This document shows, in pieces, positions 38,327 through 48,710 of a DNA stretch of 64,000 nucleotides (position 1 is its first letter; the number at the start of each line of letters is the position of its first letter). The notes beneath the pieces are model-generated. The model had not been told where the DNA came from. It did no database searches and saw only the letters and a program-made list of their open reading frames with translations. Made by a program: the position numbers and the translations under genes. This stretch comes from Diadema antillarum (taxonomy: Eukaryota). The DNA is taken from the NCBI RefSeq assembly GCF_040938485.1, contig NW_027272360.1, forward strand, positions 434,001-498,000, in the 5' to 3' direction.

Positions 38327-39781
38327 ATGGGAAGGATGATGCTCCTTGCTCTATGCCTTGTCGCCGCCACCATCGGCTGTGACGCCTTGCACACCGTACC
38401 AACGCTTGATGCGGGGGCGTACATTGGTCGCTGGTATCAGGTGAGAACAGAGAGTGCATTCCTGGATAATTTATCATATCTCCCCTGTACTCATTTCATC
38501 TCAATAGTAGTCTAACATTTGACATGCCCGACATGATTATTGGAAACACCAACATTTGTGATGACGTGCATTAAAATTCACGCTCCTGATTTTTTTTTTC
38601 TCGCCACTTCCTTGTGGATGCTACTCTGTTTTGTGTCCTAATTAGTGTTTTCCGATTACAGATACACCGGTAAATGAACAAAATGTGTTCTTGTCATTTC
38701 CCGACTTCTATCGCGCACACCGTCAAGTAATGCTCGAAGAAATTCTCTTGGATCTCTTCCTAATTGTGTCTAATTTCAACAAAGGTACAAATGGACCTTC
38801 TCAACCAAAAGTTAATAATGACAAAATATCTGAAGTGGTCTATCTGAATATGATTTTTTTTTTTTCATCAAGACAAGACAAAACGACTATGTATAAACTC
38901 ATATACACCTTGACTAGGTGCTGCTGAGTCCTATTTCATAAAAGATGTTACTATAGCAACTCTTGCTGGTATGGCAACTTCCCATATAGCAACGGCTAAT
39001 CAGAAAGCTGGATTCTTGTCGTTACCATGGTAATTGCCATTCCAGCAAGAGTTGCTATCATATCAACAGTTCATAAAATGGGATCCTGGCCCCAGGTCCT
39101 GGTCTTACATGGGACCAGTCGTGTGTGTATTTGGGGAGGATCACTTTACCGAGTCATGCCCCCTGGTCTTTGCAATGAATGAATGTAGCGGGATCTTTTA
39201 CTTGTGTATATGGCTCTCGAGAGACCCCACAGTTTATATCATAGAGGGACAGAGTGTTTTACCCTTTACTTGAGGGGACTGCATGGTAACACACAGCATT
39301 GCTCAGACTCTTTGGGCTTCAAACCCGAGACCAAGCCCGATTGATTCCAAGACACATACCCTTAAGAACAGAGCCACCTCTCGGCCCTTACCTGATAAAC
39401 CCATATCATTTGAAAGACTACTTGCAGGCAATTGCAACCTTTACATCATGAATTTTGTTCATCATCTCTTTTTCTTGACTATTCTCTTCTACCAGGTTTA
39501 TACTAACTACTGGGCTGATCTGTTTTCCGGCGTGATGGAACCAGATTGCGTCACGGCCGATTGTACGTGTAATCAGATGTTCCTTAGATTACCAAATTAA
39601 TTTAACGCCAATTCGTGAAATCAGTTTTCCCCGTTTGTTTGCTTGACAATCAAACTGGAGACCTCATTGTACGTACATAACATATTGTTAAAACCATTAT
39701 AAAAGAATGAATCGTTAAAAAATATCTTAATAGCGAAAACACTCCCCACAAATACAATATTGTATGATTTGCTGTTATAGT

Positions 39782-39816
<35 letters not shown>

Positions 39817-40936
39817 GATAGAAAGAGGGAGAGAGAGGGAGAGAGCAACAAAAGAAGAGACTCAAAAAGATTTATATGTCGGTATTTACTAACAAACTTG
39901 ATGTCTCGTAACCAGACGGACTCGTCAATGCAACGTACGTGACCGTGTATAACGCAAATTGGCGGTTCGAAGGTAACTTCACCGACTTCATCACTGGCTA
40001 TGCCTATATCCCCGACGTGTCGGACCCGGGAAAACTCAAAGTCGTTCTGGACGGGGTTCCCGTTGAAGGAGATTGTGAGTTTTTTTTTGTTTTTTTTTGA
40101 TATTTCTTTTGTTCTTGAATTTCCATCTACAAATTGTCACGTTGTCATTCAGGACTGAATATTGATGACGTCTTAGGAAAAACCATCGAGGGTGGCGATA
40201 CACGTGGCATGACGCAATACAGACATCTTACTGTCAATTAAAATGAAAGAATTGCTTGGCACACCGGTGGAATTAGGATTCATGGGCGGTGGAATCAAAC
40301 AATTAAGATAGACATCAAAAAATCAAAATGTGATAATCTACATAATTCTTGTTTACTCTTCCCAGAGTTGACATGATAAAATCTATTTTCAGCATTCGTT
40401 TTAGCATTTTCTGAATTCTTGTTACCAAGACACTTGACACGTGTTCGCCAGGCAACTTGATTCTGATCTCTTTCTTGATATTATGTAAAGGATATATGCC
40501 TAAGTAACACTGATGAGATACTTAAATTATTTTGACCGAAGAATCATTTGCTCACATACCAACATTCATGATATTAACATTGTTTGATTCGTAACCTTCA
40601 TTAGAATGTTTTTTTTTTTCATTAAACAAAGTCCTAATGGGGTACTGAAAATTCTACCTGACTGCATCGTGATAAAAAGTATGGATGCTCTTTCCCTGTG
40701 CAGACTGGATCTTCAAGCTGGGTCCCATCGTGGAGGGGCAGTACCAGTACAGCCTTATCACCGACGGAGAAGCGGCCCGTCAGCTCTTTGTGCTCGCCCG
40801 CGACCCGCAGGAGTTTGCCGAGCTCTACGACAAGGAAGTGATGGAGTACCTACCCCTTCAAGGTTTTACCGGCCAGCTCAAGGCTCCCTATGGCATCACG
40901 CACAACGAGGACTGTGTCTACCCGCCAACTTCTTAA
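38327..40936 (+). CDS. Secreted lipocalin, apolipoprotein D-like (cluster gene 3), 190 aa
   Basis: Exons 38327-38440, 39496-39562, 39916-40074, 40704-40936; GT-AG; phases 0/1/1; 573 nt. Signal MGRMMLLALCLVAATIGCDA; YIGRWYQ; YWIFKLGP; YSLITDG; LFVLARD. Confidence 0.93.
38927..39085. mobile_element. Harbinger-type MITE (CTG TSD) in gene 3 intron 1
   Basis: Reverse-orientation copy of 41505-41661; CTG at 38924-38926 and 39086-39088. Confidence 0.75.
39095..39384 (-). mobile_element. tRNA-derived SINE, degenerate, in gene 3 intron 1
   Basis: The minus-strand head has an A-box-like GGTGGCTCTGTTCTTAAGG (~39361-39379) and a B-box-like GGGTTTGAAGCCC (39314-39326). Confidence 0.5.
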
Positions 40937-41504
40937 TAAGCACGCTGCTATCAACAAACTGTCTTTCCATGAATTAAAGATTAAAAAAGAAAAACCTCAT
41001 CAAAGAATCTAATGACTTATCACTATGCCTTGTCCCCAGAATGATGTAATGGCGTTGTTTTACAACTAACTGTTGCATGTTACGATAGTTTGCAAGCAGC
41101 TACCAGGCTTTGCCTTTTCCCATCTAACAACTTTCAGGACTATAGGCTTCGTGAAAGGTGTTTGGAGAGTGATGCACAAGTAGACATTAACTCAATGGAG
41201 CTTGAAACGTTTCTTTGTTTTCGTCAAAAATATGACGAAAAATGACCAACTTATGGACGCCAATAAGGCCAATGAGTCATCCTATCCATGGAGAAGAGAG
41301 AAAACAGTAGTACAGTGCACAAGTGACGAACTGCAGATGACGCGACGAATGTATGTCGAGTATTCATAAATTCGAAATTTTCATCAGTCATTTCAGCCAA
41401 CCAATTCACTGTCATTGAATCTCTTTGGCGCTCACGCAGTTTAGATAGTAGTGCAAAGCATGAGGTGGTATTGAGGCTAGCAGACACCAAAAGCAATTGT
41501 TCAG

Positions 41505-41661
41505 GGCCCCATTTCATAAAACGTTGATATGATAGCAACTCTTGCTAAAATGGCAATTGTCATAGTAACGAAAAGAATCCAGCTTCCTGATTGGCTGTTG
41601 CTGTGGGAAGTTGCCATTCCAGCCAGAGTTGCCATCCTATTATCTTTTATGAAATGGGGCC
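41505..41661. mobile_element. Harbinger-type MITE (CAG TSD)
   Basis: TIR GGCCCCATTTCATAAAA / TTTTATGAAATGGGGCC; CAG at 41502-41504 and 41662-41664. Confidence 0.85.
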
Positions 41662-42391
41662 CAGAACAGCATCATCAGTGGTTTGATAGAGGGTTTTAGC
41701 TAAGATTGTTTTACTGTGTATAGCTGATGGGAATTGGGCATGGTAGAACTGAATGAACATGCCTGAAGAGAGAAAATTAACAATAGTCCCATTAGTTCTT
41801 GTCAGTTTGAAGTCCTATATCATACAAAAGAATGAATATTACGTATCAGATAACAGGAATTGGACAGCAATACAATAAGACAATGATTATTATAATGAGA
41901 GTTGCATCTTTTTCTTATTGAGACGATGTCATACTGTTAACATTTCACTGTTCATACTTATAAGGGGCCCGTTCTTTAAAATTATGGTAACTTTACTATC
42001 AATGGTAACTTTGCAATCAGTAGTCAACATCAGTGATTTCACGGCTTTGATTGGCTATGACATATTGTTGCTATAGTAGTTAAACGTTGGTTACACAGTT
42101 ACCGTTAACTGTAAAGTTACCGTGTATTTTGTAACGGGGCCTGTATTTATTGAATTAATATCATGTTAAAAAAAGAACACTTAAACGACTGTTTCCACGG
42201 TTGTGCCTTATTACAGAGTTATTTTTAATCTTTCTTCTAAGTGATGGAATGTGTGAGAATGCGATGTTTACTGTCACTGGCTGTCTTGAGTAGTTTCATT
42301 GTGGTTGTACATTATGACAATTTCGAACTCAGCCCATGTACATGATGATTCTTGAACATAAATAAATAAATAAATAAATGAATAAATAAAC

Positions 42392-42438
<47 letters not shown>

Positions 42439-42621
42439 TTAAAAGCAAACGCCAATTAGAAACTCCGGTGTCATTTGAAAAACATACGGGAATAGAGAAT
42501 GTCGTAGGAAACGGGTTAACAGTGAAACCGTGAACCCCATTTGGACAGACGTTTGTATTGGTCAATGTTTGGTTCTCTCGAAGATGCTACTCCTTGCATT
42601 GATTTGTTCTGCTCGATATTT

Positions 42622-42670
<49 letters not shown>

Positions 42671-43098
42671 GCTCATTCAAAGATCAATCGTGTCATTAAC
42701 GAGAAAAAGCAATGATTACAATCTACTCTCACATCATGGACATCTAGATTTACAAAACCATGAAATGCATGATGACATTACATACAGTTACTGAAATGCA
42801 ACAAATTGATTATATTTATTCATATTACAAAACTCTTACAGCAACACATTGTGAGCCAAATGCCCAGTCGACTGGTCAATAGAGATATAATCGTGGTCAC
42901 CTTATTCGCTTATCTATGAGCTTATCTACTCCACCCATGGGTCCTGCCGGCTTAAGTAATGCGACTGATTGTGATGTCAACAAGTGCTCTACTTCCTACC
43001 TAGAAGAGGGATCTTATGCATGTATATTTAATTGTTCCTGCCACCATTGGTCCAAGAGCATCGTAAAGCATAACGCGAGCAAGGCAACTCTGTACAAA

Positions 43099-46000
43099 AT
43101 GGCGACCACCAGGGCCAAGGTTCTTTGCTTTCTGACTCTGTGTTTACTTGGGAGCGGGAACGCAATTCACACAGTATCCAGGCTGATTCCTGAGCAGTAC
43201 GTCGGAAGATGGTATCAGGTAATAAAGTCATTCATGAAATGTTACGTTATCACTCTGACGCGTTTATTGATAAAAAAAGACAATGATGCCAGGATGATAT
43301 TCAATATTCAAATGTATATAGCTGTAAATTTGTTGACAGCTCAAATGCAAAGTATCCTTATTTCTTATTCAAACTTGATGATTTCCCAATGTATGTACAG
43401 TGTATGTATGTATGTATGTATAATGTGTGTATGTATTATATACGTAGACATACTATGCATATGTAAATGAATACATAAATCATATTTCGCAGAGTATCAT
43501 GAATGTACGTAGGCTTTATTACTCTAAAGTGTAATGCCTGTGTATATGTGTGCTGGAGAAGAAAATGAGAAGCAATTAACATCATGATACATTTGATGGG
43601 CTGGTGTACATGTTGTAAAGAGCACTTCACAGTGAACCGAGGCAGAATTAAAGCTTAAGGTATCACTATCAGCTAATGTCTTATGTACGATTGCTCGAAG
43701 AAAAAAAATCCCACTCAAGGGTAAGAATTTTAGATATATAGGCACCATTTGTCACAGAGGACTAAGTTTAAACAATTAAGGGTGAGGTATAAAATCTCTT
43801 TCTTCATTCAAAATGCATATAGAAGCATGTGATCATAACATTAAATCAAATTGTAAAAATTACTAAGTGATATGAAATGTCATCATGATATAATATCTCT
43901 TTTTCAGTGATGAATGTAGAGATATGTGTAAATATTACGTAACTACTATGTATATGTGGCACTGGGCCGATTAAAACTCCTTATTACTTCCCTCATACTG
44001 TCTTCAAAGTCCATCGATCATCGATCAATTTCCAAGTACACTTTCAAAGGGGGAAAACTTTTCTTATGTGAGTTTTGATCTCTCTCAGAATAATCCATTG
44101 ATGTTGTTTTCGTAGGTCTTGACAAACGCCTACTCCGATTTCTTCACTGGTGTTGCGGAACCAGACTGTGGGACGGCTGACTGTGAGTATAAACTTACTT
44201 TCTATTCATTGTTTCCTTCCTTTCCTGCCGTTTTGTTTCTTCTTTTCCCCTTTGCTCCTCTTGGGTAAGGTCATCTGTTTGTGATTTTCTTTGACAGTTA
44301 AAACGTCCTACACCCTTTGTAATCATCAACACAGACATAAATTCAAGTAGAGAAAGAGAAAGGCAACACTTGTATATCCTCTGACACGCCTTCAGAGTGG
44401 ATTTAGATATCCTCTTTAGGTACTGTTTCAGCTGAAAAGAAAGGAAAAACTTTGCGACAAGAAAGTAACACATTTATCTTCATGTTTTCCTTCGTCTGAA
44501 TATAAAAGCTACTACCCAGTCATACAACACAGTATCTATTTACTGGTATAGTTAATTTGTCGTTGCCATGTATTTTCGAGAGTGTCTGATGTAAATAATA
44601 TTTCTATTGGTGCTTCGTTGATAATGTTTTATCTCTCCAAGTTGGGATTTGAACTTTTATAATCATATTGTGACGTATGACATGAGTTTTCGGAAGACGC
44701 CATAAATTATGCTTTTAGGTAAGGCTAACGGTTCCATTGTTTCCTGGGGGACATGTACATATCCCTATACAAACCCTGTATCTATACGCGCAGTCTTATA
44801 GAATGGATTATATCATATATAATATATATATGTAATCTGCCTTCAGACACGCTCGTCAACGAAACATACGTCACCGTGTACAACGCCAACTATCGGCTAG
44901 ACGAGGGCTACACGGATGGGCTCGGGGGTTACGCGTACATTCCTGACCCGGAAATCCCTGGGCGCCTCAAGGTGGTACTGGATGGCGTATCTGTTGAAGG
45001 AGATTGTGAGTTTATCTTCTCCCTGATATCTTACATTATTGAGATCGCAGGAATGTTGATGCTTATTAGTAAGCTAAAATGGTCTGTGTCTCTTTCACTT
45101 TCTGTGATGAAGGCGTTCGCTGCCTTGACACAATTTTTTTCCGTTTCCTAAGAAAGAAACAACAACAACGCACGTTTATGATCTTACATAGTGTTCCTAT
45201 CTTTTCACCAAGGTGTTTATGTCCACCGTAGCTTAATTTCGCCACCTACAGTTCAATTGAAATAACAGCTTCTTATTCTTCATATTAATATATATATTCA
45301 TTTTCAGGAAATTGGGCTTTGAGGGTGATAGGATTACGATTTTGATGTGGGTTTCAGGAATGGGTTGGTGGTAGTGATATGTGGTAGTATATGATACAAG
45401 AGCTGTTGCACCCTTCTTGATGTTGAATCAATGATGACGACGAGGAAGGTGCTATAATCACAACAACAGTGCTGATTGAGGTAGTAGGATTAATACGACA
45501 ACGATAAAGGGATTGTTGAAACTAGTTTACAGAGCAATAATGACAAAATCAGCAGTTTCTCCACATGCTATATAAGTATTCGAGAACGGTTAACACTGGA
45601 TTACGACAGCTGATCACAATGGACTGATAAAGTTCATACAAAAGGGTGAGATGTCGACGATTATCTCAGAGAAAAGGGAAACATAATCATACAAAGAAAA
45701 AAATAAGAATCAAGGCGACGGGGGGAAAGAAATAATGGTAACAATGATAAGAAATATAAAGGGAAATAAGACAGAGAAGGAATAGAATGATAGAGAAGAG
45801 GATATGGGATGAAGAGGACTGAAGAGGGAAGGGGGGGGGGGGGAGGGGGAGAAGAGAGAGGGATTTATAGTGGGCCACCTTTTTCAACTATCCTATCAAT
45901 CTCTCTTTAAAGGACAAGTTCACCTTTATAAACATAAGGATTGAGAGAATGTAGCAACATTAGTAGAACACATCATTGAAAGTTTGAGGAAAATCAGACC

Positions 46001-46723
46001 ATCGGTTCAAAAGTTATGAATTTTTGAAGTTTTTGTGCAGTACCCGCTGGATGAGAAGACTACTGCAACGCATGAATAACTTAGATGTCACATGCGTACA
46101 ACAATATAAGGAAAATATAAAGAGAATTTCACAAAATTCCATCTTTTGAAAAAAGTACACATTCCCCTGACTCCTTACCGACAAATGTTATGGGTAATAT
46201 CATTCCCCCTGCCTTTAGAAAGAGGCAAGTCAAGTGCTCTTTTATCATGCGAAAAAAGTGAAAATATGTTGAATTTTCTTTTACATTTTCTTTATACTGT
46301 TGTACGCATATGACTCACAAGCTGAAGTAGTCTCCTCATCCAGCGGTTCCAACACAAAAATTTAAAAAATTCATAACTTTTGCATCGATTGTCCGATTTT
46401 CCTCAAACTTTCACAGATGTGTTCTACTGATATTGCTGCATTTTCTCAATCCTTATGTTTATGAAGGTGAACTTGTCCTTTAAGACTGGGTGTTCAAGCT
46501 TGGCCCTACGGTGGAATCGAAATACCAGTACAGCCTGGTGACGGACGGACAGGACGCGCGCCAACTCTACGTGCTCAGTCGCGACCCCGCCCAGTACTAC
46601 CAGCTATATGACTTCGAAGTGCGGGAGTACGTGGCATTACACGGGTTCACCGGTCAGCTGAAGTCGCCATACGAAGTGCCACACCCTGCAGAATGCGTGT
46701 ACCCACCTAGTCCGGAGGAGTGA
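43099..46723 (+). CDS. Secreted lipocalin, apolipoprotein D-like (cluster gene 4), 194 aa
   Basis: Exons 43099-43218, 44116-44182, 44847-45005, 46485-46723; GT-AG; phases 0/1/1; 585 nt. YVGRWYQ; YWVFKLGP; YSLVTDG; LYVLSRD. Confidence 0.92.
45911..46479. mobile_element. Kolobok/T2-type MITE (569 bp, TTAA TSD) inserted in the exon-4 splice acceptor of gene 4
   Basis: TTAA(45907-45910)|AGGACAAGTTCACCTT...AAGGTGAACTTGTCCT|TTAA(46480-46483)G|exon 4; ~210-bp imperfect TIRs. Absent from paralog gene 5 (CTCTCTTCAAG|ACTGG). Confidence 0.92.
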
Positions 46724-48005
46724 TGTTTTGCACCCCACTCCATTCAGAATCTCTCATCCTCTGTCTGAATGTGTCAGCTTTGAGAGGGGAGACACTACCG
46801 TATTGTGGTACAGGGCTTAACATTGATTTTCATTTGATATTAAAAACCTTGAAAATATTTGAATCAATGCAATGATGTCGGGCAATATGTGAAATTCGTT
46901 AGATGAAAGAAAATGAAATCTTATCTTAATCTTTTATTTATACTGACACGAATTGATAACCTCTAAATGTAATCATGTTTAGCATATCATTGTTCTTTCA
47001 AGTAGCAATTTCTGGATAGACGGTAAAAATGTTTACCGCAGAAGGTTAAAAGAAAGAGAACCAGATCCGAGGTATTTTTATATACTGAGGGACGATGCGA
47101 CGTTGTATACAAAAATAAAGGTTCGGACTTAAAATTAGTACAAAATTATCAGTCCCTTCGAAATGACACATGTCAGAGTAATTGTGATCAATACTTAACC
47201 AGCTTGTCAATCACAATTACTCAACCAGTTTGTCAGAATTTTACGCATGAAACTTGCTTATTTAACATCATTTATTTATGCAAATGTATTGCTTGCAATT
47301 ATTGAAAGAATGGAAACAATAAAACCAGCAGTTACGCAACTAGCAAATACTGTTATCATCTTGTTTGTTTGTTTTAATTTCAAAATTTGAAGGATTACTT
47401 GTTGGTATTTTTCAACGTTCCTTGATTAAACCGTGGAATAAGTGCAGTCATTTAAGAGTTCTTTTTTTACATGATATTTATTAAATGAATACAGGCCCCG
47501 TTGCATAATACATAATAAGTGTACAATATAATGGTAACTCTGTAACCAATAGTTTACTACCATAGCAACAAAGTGTCACAGCCAATTAAAGCCGCGGACT
47601 CACTGATGTTGACTATCACTAGTAATTGCAGTGTTGCCATTGATAGTAAAGTTACCATAAGTTTAGATAACGGGCATGACTGTCTTGAGTATTTTCTTGT
47701 TTATATGGCTTTGGATCAAAACAATTGACAATAAGACAAATTGGCTTTTCTTTAAGACAATTCCGTTCCAAACTCATGTACACGTTGATTGTGAATATAC
47801 TTTTACATAGATTTAACCAAACGACAATTGAAATCTCCGGTGTCGTATAATTATGAAACATTATATGGGAATAAAGAATGTCATAGGAAACGGGTTAACA
47901 GTGAAACTGCCTGAACTGCCTTTTGAAGAGACTTTGGTATTGATTAATATTTGGTTCAACCCCATCTTCCAAAGATGGTCCTCCTTGCATTGATTATTCG
48001 ATATT

Positions 48006-48047
<42 letters not shown>

Positions 48048-48467
48048 CCAGGAGGATCAATCGTTTCAGTTACAAGCAAAATCAGTGTTTGAAATACTTA
48101 TCCTCGTATTATGGGCATCTAGATCTATCCAAAATTATCAAATGGTATTATGCCCAGTTACTGAAATACAACAAATTAATTAGATTAATTTATATTACAA
48201 AACTCTTACAGTAACACGTTGTGAGCCAAATACCTAGTCAACAGTGATATAATCGTGGTCACCTTATATTCGCTTATCTTTGAGCTTGCCTTATCTCCTC
48301 CGCCCATGGCTCCTGCCGGCTTAAGTAATGCGACTGATTGTGATGTCAATAAGTGCTCTACATCTTGCCTAGAAGAGGGATCATTTACATGTATAATTAA
48401 TTGCTTCTGCCACCATCGGTCCAAGAGCATCGTAAAGCATAACTCGAGCAAGGCAACTCCGTACAAA

Positions 48468-48628
48468 ATGGCGACCACCAGGGCCCAGGTTTTTTGCTTT
48501 CTGACTCTGTGTTTACTTGCGAGCGGGAACGCAATTCACACAGTATCCAGGCTGATTCCTGAGCAGTACGTCGGAAGATGGTATCAGGTAATAAAGTCAT
48601 TCATGAAATTTTACATTATTACTTTGAT

Positions 48629-48710
<82 letters not shown>

